Below, one piece after another: positions 13,215 to 27,608 of a DNA stretch of 64,000 nt (the stretch's first letter is position 1; each line of letters begins with the position of its first letter). The DNA comes from Octopus vulgaris (Eukaryota). The stretch spans positions 30,008,001-30,072,000 of the forward strand of contig OX597834.1 of NCBI GenBank assembly GCA_951406725.2. The letters run 5' to 3'. The position numbers and the translations under genes were made by a program. The notes beneath the pieces were generated by a model. The model was given only the letters and a program-made list of their open reading frames with translations. It made no database searches and was not told the DNA's origin.

Positions 13215-14340
13215 TGTAAACCCAACAATAGTCACCTTGCACAGCAATACACTGGTCCCAGCATTCCTGCCACTTTTAGAATCACACCTGAAAGTCATTT
13301 TTTGTGAATAAAGGACCATCTGTGGTTCATTCTTGATCTCGACAACGGTGTTAAAATGATGACCTTTGGGCTGCCTTTTCATCTTGGAGGAAGAGATAGA
13401 AGTCCAAAGGTGCGAAATCTGGCAAATAAGGTAGGTTCAAAAGTGATACCCTGTTGTTTTTGGTGAGACTCTCGTGAGTGAGGAGGGTGCGTTGTGGTTG
13501 CGAAGAATCCATTTTGTTGTGCTCCACAGATCTCTCTTTCTCTCTCTTTCTCTTTTACTTGTTTCAGTCATTTGACTACGGCCATGCTGGAGCACTGCCT
13601 TTAATCGAGCAACTCAACCCCGGGACTTATTCTTTTGTAAGCCCAGTACTTATTCTATCGGTCTCTTTTGCCGAACCGCTAAGTAATGGGGACATAAACA
13701 CACCAGCATCTGTTGTCAAGCAATGCTAAGGGGACAAACACAGACACACAAACACACACGCGCATATATATATATACATATATACGATGGGCTTCTTTCA
13801 GTTTCCGTCTACCAAATCCACTCACAAGGCTTTGGTCGGCCCGAGGCTATAGTAGAAGACACTTGCCCAAGGTGCCACGCAGTGGGACTGAACCCGGAAC
13901 TATGTGGTTGGTAAGCAAGCTACTTACCACACAGCCACTCCTACGCCTACTGGTTGCTTTCACCAACTGTCTTCTCTCAAACACTTGAAAATGTTGCAGT
14001 AGAACTCTTGGTTGACAGTCTGGTCCGGGGGGGGGGGGGGAAATTCTCAATGCATAATACTGCTGATCTCAAAAAGAAAAAAAGCAATGAGCATGCTCTC
14101 GATTGAGCTGCAGATCTGTCGTGCTTTCTTTGTCTGTGGAGATGAAGGCCTCTTCCATTGTGACAACTGCTGCTTCGTCTCAGGGTCGTACCCATAGACC
14201 CAACTCTCATCACTGGTGATTATCCTTGACATGAAGGATGGGTCATCAGTGGTACGCTGATGGTCATCTTGAAAGACTTCAATGCAGTGTTCTTTCTGCT
14301 CAGTGGTCAGCAAGCAGGGGACAAACTTGGCAAAGACATG
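13215..14340 (-). pseudogene. Mariner transposase relic interrupted by a SINE
   Basis: KFVPCLLT (WVPxxL motif), IITSDESWVYGYDPETKQQLSQW and PYLPDFAPLDF (YSPDLAP motif); frameshifts. Confidence 0.88.
13550..13948 (-). mobile_element. CORE-type SINE (family B)
   Basis: Full-length match to 6835-7250. Confidence 0.88.
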
Positions 14341-14379
14341 CATATGCATATACATGGAAAAGACATGTATATGCATTTA

Positions 14380-14461
<82 letters not shown>

Positions 14462-14477
14462 TAAATAGATAGATAGA

Positions 14478-14846
14478 TGCCAAGAGAACCATCTGAGCGT
14501 GATCCTTGCCAGAGCAGCTAACTGGCTTCCATGTCGGTGGCACGTAAAAGGCACCATTCGAGCATGATCGTTACCAGCGTCACCTTACTGGCACCTGTGC
14601 CGGTGGCATGTGTAAAAAGATTCGAGCAAGGTCGTTGCCAGTATCGCCTGACTGGCCCCGTGCTGGTGGCACGTAAAAAGCATCCACTACACTCTCGGAG
14701 TGGTTGGTGTTAGGAAGGGTATCCAGCTGTAGAAACTCTGCCAGATCAAGATTGGAGCCTGGTGCAGCCATCTGGTTCGCCAGACCTCAGTCAAAATCGC
14801 CCAACCCATGCTAGCATGGAAAGCGGACGTTAAACCATGATGATGA
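14478..14846 (+). mobile_element. SINE-like family C, long copy
   Basis: Three ggtggcac-taaaa units, conserved body, (GAT)n tail; follows a (GATA)n tract. Confidence 0.85.
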
Positions 14847-14884
14847 TAGATGGATAGACAGATAGATATGTATATATATATATA

Positions 14885-15338
14885 TACAAGATAAGAAAAT
14901 GGAGAAATACATCTAAATCAAATATCAATTACCAGATAATACTCAATCACATACATTATTAAACCACCACATAAGAGACTGTAGGGTTAAATATAAAAAA
15001 GCAGAACAAATCAGTGTACATAAAGGAATGTACATAAAATTTGTTCTGCTTTTTATATTTAACCCTACAGTCTCTTATGTGGTGGTTTAATAAAGTATGT
15101 GATTGAGTATTATCTGGTAATTGATATTTGATTTAGATGTATTTCTCCATTTTCTTATCTTGTATTAGTAATTTGTGGTAAGTCATTTTACCTTTGCCCA
15201 TATAATACAGTAAATGAATTGATTGCATCGCAATCCTTAACATTTATGTATTAACTTTGTTGGGTACTTCACTAGCAGTATATTGGATATATGTTATCCC
15301 ATGGAGGGTTGCATTTACAACCCCTATCTCAATTTGTA
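14885..15338 (+). mobile_element. Foldback PLE pseudo-LTR-like element in (TA)n
   Basis: About 126-bp near-perfect inverted arms 14885-15011/15040-15164 plus a 175-bp extension; homologues at 33175-33801 and 61575-61860. Confidence 0.6.
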
Positions 15339-16625
15339 TATATATATATATATATAAGTAATGTAGTTTGAATGAAGTATTGAGTATTGTGAGATAGAGT
15401 TGTAAAGATAGTTTTTAAGCAACAGATACAACACATAACATTAATAAAAACAAAACTTAAAGAAAGAAGACCAACTAAAATTTTTACTAAATATTTCGAT
15501 ATTTCAGGGTAAAAATCCTTTCATGAAAGTAAAAAACTGCAGATGATATCTTTTAACAACAACAAAAGGTGGCAGCGACAGCAACGACAACATCAACAAC
15601 TGCAAACCCAACAATATGGGGGTTTTTTTGTATTATTCTTGAATTTTTTGATACCTTTTGTTTTACCGTTATTTTTTTTGGCATTTTATTCTCTTCTATT
15701 TTTTTTTAATTTTAAAATTCTTTATTTTACTACCATTTCTTCTTTATCTCCTTCCTTTTCTCTTCCTGACTTTGCTTCCTGCTTAGTTTTCCTTGCTTCT
15801 TTCTTTCTTTCTTTCTTCATTTCTTTTAGTCTTATATAAAACTAGACAACTGGCAGTGGTGGGGGTGGCAGTGAGGGTGGCAATGGTAGTGATGCTGATG
15901 GCTTTGATAATGATGACAGTGGTGGTGATGATGGTAATGGTGGCAATGACAGTAGTGGTGGTGGTGGTGGTGGTGGTGGTGGAGCTCTTTATTTCACTTT
16001 CCATTTTGTATCGTCAGCACTGTTGTGTTCATTGTTGTTATTGTCATGGTTGTTGTTACGATTCGCTCTCCCTCTTTCTCTCTCTCTCTCTCTCTCTCTA
16101 ATTGGATTGCAGAAGATTCTGAACAGGAGCTGGTTGTGATTCTTTCCCACAGTGAATCTTATTTTCATTGGGAAGGGGTGGTCGAGGAGGAACACTGCTG
16201 GACATTTTCAAAGCTGACACCCTTTTTTTTTTAACCCTTTTATATTGCTTCACACAATCCCTACTTCATCCACAGATGCTAGAAACAGCAGTCAAACATC
16301 CCTCAAATTACAAAGTACTCTGTAAGCAAAGAGGGACACATTGGTCAGCATCCCCATTTAAACAACTTGGTTAGCATATATGTATGCAGCCTTAGAACCT
16401 TGATTAAAAGCAAAAAAAAAAGGTGTTGAAAATGCTCGTTTTTCTTGACATTCCATTTTTATGATCCAAAAATAAACAAAAATTAACTAAAATTAACTAG
16501 AGAAAAAAAAACAAAATAGATTAAAAAATGATTCAAAAATAGAATTCTCGATATAAATAAATTTATATATATTTATATATAAATTCCAAAATTTAAAAAA
16601 ACGGCAAGAACTTAGTTGCCAACCC

Positions 16626-16649
<24 letters not shown>

Positions 16650-16656
<7 letters not shown>

Positions 16657-17093
16657 TAAAAAATGGAGTTAACGCAGGTGTAAACAAATATTTTTACTTT
16701 CGACACATGTTTCACTGATACTATTCATATAACGTTATTTTAAACAATATTAATAGCGTTCTGTCTATCGCTATACAAATCCATCATTTTTTGCTAAAAT
16801 GTCGTATTGACGAGTTTCATTTTTTTCACTTTCCCGAAGAGAAGATTGCATTTATTCTTTTGAATAGTATCAGTGGAATTTTCGAAACATGTGTCGAAAG
16901 TAAAAATATTTGTTTACACCTGCGTTAACTCCATTTTTTATTCATATTATTCAAAATATTCAACGTAAACACGAAGTTTCTACCTTTATAAACAAGGAGT
17001 TACAACACCTTTACTTGTGAGATTTTTGCTGCCCTGGTAACTATTTATCTATTTTTCCGTGTTAATTGTTAACAAGGTAAAAATACACTCATC

Positions 17094-17097
<4 letters not shown>
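16650..17097 (+). mobile_element. PLE pseudo-LTR relic with inverted 5' copy
   Basis: 16650-16728 is the reverse complement of about 16861-16948; contains a hammerhead; (TA)n on both sides. Confidence 0.7.
16828..16901 (+). ncRNA. Type I hammerhead ribozyme (U4C variant)
   Basis: Stem I ACTTTC/GAAAGT; CCGAAGA 16834-16840; stem II GAAGATTGCATT/AGTGGAATTTTC; GAAA 16884-16887; AC-ATGT-GT; GTC 16893-16895. Confidence 0.75.
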
Positions 17098-17137
<40 letters not shown>

Positions 17138-17343
17138 GTATATATATTTAAACACAAAAGAGGCGAGCCTTAACAAGTTGCCTAACATACTAGAAAGAAC
17201 AGTCAAAAACCTGGAATATACCTGAGAACTACCACAGTAACTACCTGATTAATTTAACTCTTTAAACTCATCTTATACAGACATGTGTGTGTGAGTGTGT
17301 ATATATATATGCTGTGCATTTTGTTGGAGAATTAAGTTCCTGG

Positions 17344-17429
17344 ATTTTCCTGAAGAGAAGGCTGCAAAATGGACTCCTTATTCAATCCGAATTAGGGACT
17401 TAGCAGCCTTCGAAACATATGTAGAAAAT
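17344..17429 (+). ncRNA. Type I hammerhead ribozyme, canonical core
   Basis: Stem I ATTTTC/GAAAAT; CTGAAGA 17350-17356; perfect 9-bp stem II GAAGGCTGC/GCAGCCTTC; GAAA 17412-17415; palindromic ACATATGT stem III; GTA 17421-17423. Confidence 0.87.
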
Positions 17430-17580
17430 AATAAAAAGGAATTTTGTTAAATCTTCGTTCAGCTCCATTTCTTTCTACACTTAATATATATATATATACA
17501 TATGTGTGTGTGTAAATAAATCTAAGCCTGAAAGAGACAGGCTTTTGTAAGGGGCCCATGAAGTTGCATGAGAGCTGAAT

Positions 17581-17629
<49 letters not shown>

Positions 17630-17635
<6 letters not shown>

Positions 17636-17964
17636 AAGACCCCCTTCAGTCATGAATGAGCATGTGATTGTACCTAGAATGTTACCCTCTGAGGTACAAG
17701 TCTGGGCAAAGTTGCTTATGGAAGACCAGCAGTTGCCCATGCATACCAGCCTCCCTTCTCCACATCACTAATGTTATCCAAGGGAAAGGAAAAGGCCAAA
17801 ATAACATGACACCAGTGATGTCACAACTCATTTCTGCAGCTGAGTGAACTGGAGCAACATGAAGTAAAGTGTCTTGCTCAAGAACGCAACACACAGCCCA
17901 GTCTAGGAATTGAATTCACTACCTTGTAAGCCTGATGCTCTAACCACTGAGCCATGCACCTTCA
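17630..17964 (-). mobile_element. tRNA-derived CORE-type SINE (family E)
   Basis: A box TGGCTCAGTGG, B-box-like AATTCAATTCC, CORE-like TGTTGCGTTCTTGAGCAAGACACTTTA; ends CTTTACCC into (TA)n. Confidence 0.75.
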
Positions 17965-18317
17965 CACACACACACATATATTAATACCATTTAATGTACC
18001 AAGTAATATAAAATAAACACTACTAACGGTTTCTTAATTTAGTGACACTGAATTTAGGCAGATTTATGTAACATACTGTGTCTCACCAAGCAATATATAT
18101 ATATAATTAATTCAAAAAACAGAGAACAAAAACAGGAATAAGAGAAAAAGAAAAAAAAACGTAAGGACGTAGCATAAGCAAAGTATTAATATGACACTCG
18201 GAGAAGGAAAAGAGTAGTTGTTTTACATTTTTGAGCATAGCTCTTCTTCAGAAACAGGGAAAACAGGGAAGTCCAAAGGGAAAAAGGAAGAAGGAGGGGC
18301 AAACAAATCACCAATAT

Positions 18318-18537
18318 GTTTCTTTATTGCCCACAAGAGGCTAAACATAGAGGGGACAAACAAGGACAGACATGGATTAAGTCGATTACATTGACCCCCA
18401 GTGCTTAACTGGTACTTAATTTATCGACCCCGAAAGGATGAAAGGCAAAGTTGACCTCGGCGGAACTTGAACTCAGAACGTAACAGCAGATGAAATATGG
18501 CTACGCATTTCACCCGGCAGGCTAACGGTTCTGCCAG
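18318..18537 (-). mobile_element. tRNA-derived SINE (family A)
   Basis: Family A body; TSD ATCACCAAT. Confidence 0.85.
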
Positions 18538-19059
18538 ATCACCAATGGTTCACATGTGGTTACAGTGTGTGTGTGTATGTTACTGTCTCTTTGCCATCAT
18601 GTGATATGGTAAATGAATGCCTCTGTCACACAAGCAGTGTCCTTCATTTTCAAGCGTCCCTCCGTGAAAGCAGGTCTGATCATGCAGAATATTACCTTGC
18701 ATAAGAAGGAACTAATTAAAAAGTGAATCCTTTAACTCCATGTGGAGCAGGGTACAACAACAACAGGAGGTCTGTGTTCTCTTGTTGGCAATGTAGAAAA
18801 TTTGACAGTGTGGCTAACCCGATGCTTACCACCCTCCACTTTTCTCAACTGGGCTTGGAACCAGCCATGGTAGAGTTACACACACACACACATACAAGCG
18901 TGTGCATGTATGTCTGTACATACATAAGCATGTATTCACACGAACCTAACAAGTGAACATCCAGTCACAAGTACTTATGTTATTCATACCAGGATAACAA
19001 ACAAACCATTCCTTTGTCTTCTTTCTGGGTGACATCGTATTTGTAATTCATCAGTTCAC

Positions 19060-19780
<721 letters not shown>

Positions 19781-20563
19781 AAATATATCAACAGATAGAA
19801 AGAATGCTAATGTGTGGTTATTTTCTTAACAATGTTGCTAATTATTCGTGTTTGACACAAGAACACTCGAACGTCTTGAATATGTCACTGTTGTTATCAT
19901 CGTTGTCACTATTAACAGCAGTTGACATTGGCACCATCCACATCATTATCATCATCATCATCATCATCACCAACATCATTATCATCATGATTGTCATCTT
20001 TGTAATCATTATCATCAGCATTTTCATTATCATCATCATCACATTTACCATCAAAATCATCCACTTCTTCCTCCTCCTCATCATCATCACCATCATTACA
20101 ATTGTCATCATCCTGCTGGCATGGAGTAGACAGGTTGTCCTGGTCAGAGCCAATTCTTATTGGCACCAACTGTTCCCAACAAATTGGTGTTCACGCATGG
20201 TATTTGGCATGGCTGCTGCTGATGCTGATGCCATTTCTACCAACCAATCATTTTACAGAGTACTGGGTACATTTTTGATGTCGAAGTGATGATGATGGTG
20301 ATGCTAACGATGATTTCTCACCCATCCTTATACAATGTGGCATCATCATGTATCTTCCCTGTAGTGAAGCACCTCCATTTGTCCCCAGCATAAAGCCACC
20401 TCTCTGCCCTCTAAAATATTCCCCCAGCTTAGCCAAGAGGGCCTTTTCCCTTTATCTTCTCCTTCCTTGTCTTGTAAGTCAGATGGTAACCTCAGGAGTG
20501 CTGACGTCACGTAAAAAGCACCCAGCACACCCTGTAAAGTGGTTGGTACTAGGAAGGTCATAA

Positions 20564-20792
20564 GGCAGCGAGCTGGCAGAAACGTTAGCACGCCGGGCGA
20601 AATGCGTAGCCGTATTTCGTCTGCCGTTACATTCTGAGTTCAAATTCCGCCGAGGTTGACTTTGCCTTTCATCCTTTCGGGGTCGATTAAATAAGTACCA
20701 GTTACGCACTGGGGTCGATATAATCGACTTAATCCGTGTGTCTGTCCTTGTTTGTCCTCTCTGTGTTTAGCCCCTTGTGGGTAGTAAAGAAA
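20564..20792 (+). mobile_element. tRNA-derived SINE (family A) nested in a family C copy
   Basis: B box GAGTTCAAATTCC; central GCCTTTCATCCTTTCGGGGTCGAT; TSD TTGGTACTAGGAAGGTCAT (20543-20561/20793-20811). Confidence 0.92.
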
Positions 20793-21039
20793 TTGGTACT
20801 AGGAAGGTCATTCAGCTGTAGAAACCATGCCAAAAGCTACGGTTGGAGCCCTGCACAGCCCTGTGGATCACTAGGCACAGTTAAACCCTCCAACTCATGC
20901 TAGCAATGGTCATTGAATGATGACAAGGAGGAGGATACACAGTCTTATCTATAGATATGTGTGTGTGAATATACAAGGGTGTGTGTACACACATGACTAC
21001 ATACATGCATGCATATATATGTACATACACAAACATACA

Positions 21040-21086
<47 letters not shown>

Positions 21087-21281
21087 TAAATGGAGACAAG
21101 AAGTGGAACGAACCGACGAATCGAAACGAACCCAACGCGAGGCGCTGTCAGACAATAATGTAATAAATAAAAATATATGCATACATACAAACATATATGT
21201 ACATACCTACATCTACATGTATATATACATGCATATATAAATAAATATATATATATATATATGTATGTGTCTCTTTAACTT

Positions 21282-21480
21282 TGTAGGCTCACACATGCAG
21301 GACACATTTCGCATTATTCTGACGAGGTTTGCCATCAAAGTATTGAATTTGGCATTGTCCGCGATAGCTGAGTTCTGGTGGATCAAGTATTTGGAGGCCA
21401 TAGGTTTGGCATAGTACAAATGAAGGATTTGGGTTTTATTATTCTCAGTTTCTAGCCAGAGTTCTGTGTCTAGTATGTTT
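21282..21480 (-). pseudogene. Penelope-like element reverse transcriptase C-terminal/thumb fragment
   Basis: ILDTELWLE...YYAKPMASKYLIHQNSAIADNAKFNTLMANLVRIMRNVS matches the PLE pattern LD..Y.KP....YL...S.....K......R....S. Confidence 0.72.
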
Positions 21481-21695
21481 GCGTACATATATATATATGC
21501 ATGCATGCATGTATATATATATATACATACACACACATACAAACATAAATACATACATACATCATCATCATTTACAAAATTTTGTTGAAATGAAGTAACC
21601 ACGCAGCTAAAACCACACACGTGTATATATATATACACACATATATACATGTATATATATGTGTGTGTGTGTGTATATGTATATTTTTTTTTTTT

Positions 21696-22088
21696 TTTAC
21701 TTGTTTCAGTCATTTGACTGCGGCCATGCTGGAGCACCGCCTTTAGTCGAGCAAATCGATCCCGGGACTTATTCTTTGTAAGCCCAGTACTTATTCTATC
21801 GGTCTCTTTTGCCGAACCGCTAAGTGACGGGGACGTAAACACACCAGCATTGGTTGTCAAGCAATGCTAGAGGGACAAACACAGACACACAAACACATAC
21901 ACATATATATATATATACATATATACGACAGGCTTCTTTCAGTTTCCGTCTACCAAATCCACTCACAAGGCATTGGTCGGCCCGAGGCTATAGCAGAAGA
22001 CATTTGCCCAAGATGCCACGCAGTGGGATTGAACCTGGACCATGTAGTTGGTTAGCAAGCTACTTACCACACAGCCACTCCTGCGCCT
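21696..22088 (-). mobile_element. CORE-type SINE (family B)
   Basis: Full-length match to 6835-7250. Confidence 0.88.
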
Positions 22089-23706
22089 ATATATATATAA
22101 ATGTATATGTAAGTGTATATACACACGTGCGCGCGCATGCATATATACACATATATCCATACATAGTAGCGGCATCTAAATTTAAAGGTAAATTATAAAG
22201 TTTAAACAAGTTTGAGGTCTCACCCTGTCAAAATGTTTCCAATTCATAAAAGAATGAAATAAAGAATAGAGTTTAATTATCGTTTTGTTTTTTTCTTTGT
22301 GAAAAGCTTTTAATATTTACAGGTCACTCAAATGGTTCAAAGCCATCCATTTTTTTGTCCCAATTTGGCATAAAAAGGAAGCAATTCTTATCAACTCTAT
22401 CTAAGTGAAATTTAAAGTTCACTGGAATGATGAACCTTTGTTTGGTTTATCATCGTCATCACCACCATCATCATCATCATCATCATTGTCATTATCCTCC
22501 TTCTCTTCTTCCTCCTCCTGCTCATAATCATCATCACCACCACCACCACCACTGTCATCATCATCCTCACCACCACCATCATAATAATCGCCACTGCTAC
22601 TATCATCATCATCATCACCAGCACCACCCCCACCCCCACCACAGCCATCATCATCATCATCATCATCAGTATATCTTGATATGTGTTTGCAGTTCTTTAT
22701 GAGAACATGCCTGAACTGTTGGGTGTGCGATAGATTTTTGGGAAGATATAACCTTGGTTGGGGAGAGACAGGTGGAGGTAGGTGACAGGAAGGGCATCCA
22801 GCTGTAGAAGACCCAAATCATTGAATTCTGCCATTGAATTCACAAACACGGAAAAGTGGATGTGAAATGATAATAATTAATGGAATTAATGGTAGTGGGT
22901 GGAAATAGTTCTGAAGATGATGATGGTGGTGGTGGCAATGATAAGATGAGGATGATAACATTGGTGGTGGTGGTGTTGGCAATGATTACAATGATGATTG
23001 TGAAGGTGGTAGTGGTGGTGGTGGTGACAACAACAATGATGGTGTGGTGGTAATAGTGATGATGAGGATGATGGTGTAATAGTGTTGGCAGTGGCAAGAA
23101 CAGCAATGATGACAGTGGTGGTGATGGTGGTGATGATGATGGTTTTCCTACAAAGTGCCATCCAGCACGTGCTTTCTTAAGATATTGTCATAGATTAATG
23201 CATCAAAAAGCGAGGACTGGTATAATTACATTATATAAAACCTTGGCAAAGCATCAGACAGATTTTCTACTCTCTGTTAAAACAATGTCTGACTCATATT
23301 TTACTTTTGACAAAGATTTGAGTTTTATTTATTTTTTTTTTCTTTCAAAAATGTCTTTAAAATATTCATAAATGTTTGAAATATATTTTTGTAAGCCAAA
23401 GCGATACAAGTTATCAAAAATTGATAACACAGGTCGATGGTTAAAACAGTTATTTAATATTTCAGTGTTTCAGGGTTAAGACACATTCTTCAGGAAATTT
23501 ACAGAGAAAAGGAGTTGATAGCTGCTTTCTCTGCTCTCTAATGAGAGTGAAGGAACCCATCAACACCTTTTCGCTGCAAATTTCAATAAGAAAAAGTCCT
23601 AACACTGAAATATTAAAATACCAGGCAATAGAACTAACCATGGAGATGTATTTTTATAACTTACATTGCTTCGGCTTGAAAAAAAAAACCACTGAAAACA
23701 AATATA

Positions 23707-23995
23707 TCATCATCATCATCGTTTAACGTCCGTTCTCCATGCTAGCATGGGTTGGACGGTTTGACCGGGGATCTGGGAAGCCAGAAGGCTGCACCAGGCT
23801 CCAGTCTTATCTGGCAATGTTTCTACAGCTGGATGCCCTTCCTAACGCCAACCACTCCGTGAGTGTAGTGGGTGCCTTTTACGTGCCACCTGCACAGGTG
23901 CCAGGCAAGGCTGGCAACGGCCATGGTCGGATTGGTGTATTTTACGTGCCACCGGCACGGAGGCCAGTCGAGGCGGCACTGGCTTCGGCCATCAG
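23707..23995 (-). mobile_element. SINE-like family C
   Basis: (CAT)n then reverse complement of the family C body with two ggtggcacgtaaaa units. Confidence 0.82.
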
Positions 23996-25862
23996 ATAAT
24001 ACTTCATGAAAATTATACCAATTTAAAATATACTAGCACTATGACCCAGCTTACTTTATTATATTTCATTTCTATGAAAAATCACAACACCCCCACCACT
24101 ACCTCTTAACATCCAGCACCCCTCCCCAGTAGCACTCATCTCTATATTTGCTGAACCCTTAGGGAATTCATACTGCTGTCCTTCCAAGAGGGGGCACTAA
24201 TGCTCAGGTTTAAGGACTTCAGGTCTCACAGCTTCCAACCAAATATTGGAACAACAAAAATGTTGCAGACATGGTTACGTGGTTAAGAAACTTGCTTCTC
24301 AACCGTGTGAATTCCGATTCAGTGCCGCCGCATGGCACCTTGATCAAGTGTCTGACCCCCAAACCTTGTGAGCAGGTTTTGTAGATGGCAACTGGAAAAA
24401 CATTACTTTGCTTGGTAGCAGCTGAGGGTTGGTGACAGGAAGGGCATCCGGCCATAGAAAACATACCTCAATGGATACCACTGGACCCATTAAAACAAAA
24501 ATAATACCAGTTGGGGGTGGAGGGGGTGTCAAAGTCTTCCAATTTGTCTTCTTGATATTGTTTGTTATTTTTATCCGTTTTGTTTTTGGAATCACAAACA
24601 CATAAACATATACACACATACACAATTACATAAACACATTCAAGGATATTAGCAAACACAACACTTACACATACACGTTATAAACACATGCACAGACAAC
24701 CATATACACATACACACACAAAATCACTCTTTTACAGAAAACACAAATTTCAACATACAAACACACACACACACTCATAAGCACACACATTTTCACAGAA
24801 ACACACCCACGCACACACTCAGATACGCAAACACATTTTCACCAGAAACACACACACAAAAAACATTTACATACATGTGCATTCATAAACATACTTCCAC
24901 ACACACACACACACATACACACATGTCCACTCCAGACAAACACAATCACTCATTCACAACACCCACTTACACAAACACACAATCATACACACACAAACTC
25001 ACAGATGCATACACTCACAAACACACACATACACACGCAAACACACATGTCTCTCAAAATTAATTAACTCTGACATGATGCCAACGCTGTGACGTCACCA
25101 GAAGTGACCCTCCATCCTGAAAAACGTCTTGACCTCTTGCCTTAACTAGATTTCCTTTACTTAACAATTCTAGCCTAATTACATAATTACAGGAGTGGGA
25201 GGTGGATATGGTGGCGGTAGGAGGGGAAAGAATAAAATGCAGAAACTGAAATACATAACCACCACCACCAACACCACCACAACCACCTGTATCCTACAAC
25301 AACTATCACCACAACAACTATCACCACCATCTCCACTTGGCTACTGCTACTATCCCAGACATCAGCATCACTAACCACATACTATTATCAATAATACCAC
25401 AATTCCATCTCCAAGTGGCACCACCACCACCACCACCACCTCAAACACTATCACCATCATCACAGCCACAGATCCACAAATGCAATTTGAGAGAAACTGA
25501 AGAGGCAGAAACTGCAACAAAAGTCTAACAAACACATGAAGAATTCCCATATTCTTGGAGGAGAAAAACATAGAAGTTTGGAGACAGACAATGGTAAAGT
25601 ACCTGAGTAATGCAATAGAAAACCATTACGGATGTTGCCAAGGTCGTTAAAAATCTAAGTCAAACATGTAGATCTCACCCATGCATTAGTGGCATTTATA
25701 TTAATTATAAATATTAATTATATACGTATTAATCATAAATATTCCTAACAACCACAACTCTGTAAATACAGTGAAGCTTGGTGCAATCCTCTGGTTTACC
25801 AGTTCCTGTCAAAGACAGGTGTTAAATGACGATGATGATTATATACATTTACCAATTTTGAA

Positions 25863-26278
25863 GGCGACGAGCTGGCAGAAATGTTAGTGCGCCGGGCGAA
25901 ATGCTTAATGGTATTTTGTCTGTCGTTACGTTCTGAGTTCAAATTCCGCCGAGGTCGACTTTGCCTTTCATCCTTTCGGGGTCGAGAAATTAAGTACCAG
26001 TTACGCACTGGGGTCGATGTAATCGACTTAATACCTATGTCTGTCCTTGTTTGTCCCCTCTGTGTTTAGCCCCTTGTGGGTAATAAAGAAATAGGTATTT
26101 TGTCTGTCGTTACATTCTGAGTTCAAATTATGCCAAGGTCGACTTTGCCTGTCATCCTTTCGGGGTCGATAAATAAAGTACCAGTTTCACACTAGGGTCG
26201 ATGTAATCGACTTAATCCCTTTGTCTGTCCTTGATTGTCCCCTCTATGTTTAGCCCCTTGTGGGTAGTAAAGAAATAT
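25863..26278 (+). mobile_element. SINE family A, tandem dimer
   Basis: Junction aagaaataggtattttgtctg at about 26095; TSD ATATACATTTACCAATTT (25841-25858/26279-26296). Confidence 0.9.
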
Positions 26279-27608
26279 ATATACATTTACCAATTTCATT
26301 TGTGTTTTAAGCATAGAGTTTGTTTCATTGACACTTTAGGACTTGAAGTGGCCATATCTGACCAAAATAGTCCATTTGTTTTATGTTCAAACCATCCACA
26401 TCTGGCCTCTCCTACCTACCCTGCAATGTCATTCTAAAAATAGTCACATCATTGAAATCTCAAAGATATGAAGTAATACCTGATTAATTCAAAACAATAT
26501 GAATATATAAGTCCCAATGAATGGATTCAACTAACCCGGTAGTATTCATAAAAAAAAACTCAATGTATCATTCTACAAAACACACAGAATATACAGCATA
26601 TAAAGAGTATATAGAATTACAAATACAAATACAACAAAAATTTATATATATACCCCCACTAGCTGAGTATCTCATCTCTGCTGGGTGATTTTTCAGAATG
26701 GCACACCCTAATAACTTTGATTTTCTCCGTTTTGACAAGGAATTTTCAAATTATTTTTCCACCACACTCTTCCAAATGAAGGGAGGAAGCTTTTTATGAA
26801 AAATAATTTTGGAAAATTTATGAATCCCTCTTCCTTCCCTACCCCTCCTTCTGAACCAATTTTGTCCAATAATTTCTTGCACTACATGCTTAAAAATAAT
26901 GGAAGACATCTTTTGGGATAAAAAAACCAAATTTCAAAAATTAACAAATTTTCCAAATATGCCTCCCCAATTGTTTTGGCACAACATACTTTTAAATGAT
27001 AAGAGAAGCCTTTGAGGTCCAAACGGACATTTTTGGAAATCGGTAATCACCATTACAATCCTCAATTCCTTTATTTTCAAACAGAAAATGAAACGATTTA
27101 AAAACAACAATGAAATCTTTTTTCAATATTTTCATGAAAATGCTGATGATGATGACAATGGTTAATAACACTGACAACTGTCTTAGACATAAGAATATTC
27201 AAGATTTCGGCAGGAGACAGGGAATAGTTTTCTTAGTCTTTTTCGATTACCATTCCATCCACATCTGGGAATCATGACAGAGATATTATTTCATCCTCAG
27301 AACTCGGCTGGAACTTTGTTTTATTGACCCCAGAATGTGGCAAAGACAAAGTTGACCTTGGTAGGATTTGAACTTGGCATTTAAGCCATGGTTGTGGGGT
27401 TAAGGAGTTTTCTTTTCAGCTGCATGGTTTGGGTTTCAATCCATCCCACTGTGCAACCCCACCACCCACCCAGGGCCAGTGTCCTCTATGAAAGTCTCAG
27501 ACCAACCGAAGCCTTGGGAGTAGATTTGGTAGAGAAACGACTGAAACAAGTGACAGATAAAAGAAACACACACAGACACACACACACATTCCGAGATATA
27601 TTAATATA

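Noticed and set aside
21318-21330. CTGACGA core (also at about 4218, 52912 and 60824)
   Set aside because: No paired stem II followed by GAAA and NUH.
25089-25098. CRE palindrome GTGACGTCAC
   Set aside because: Single short motif with no supporting context.
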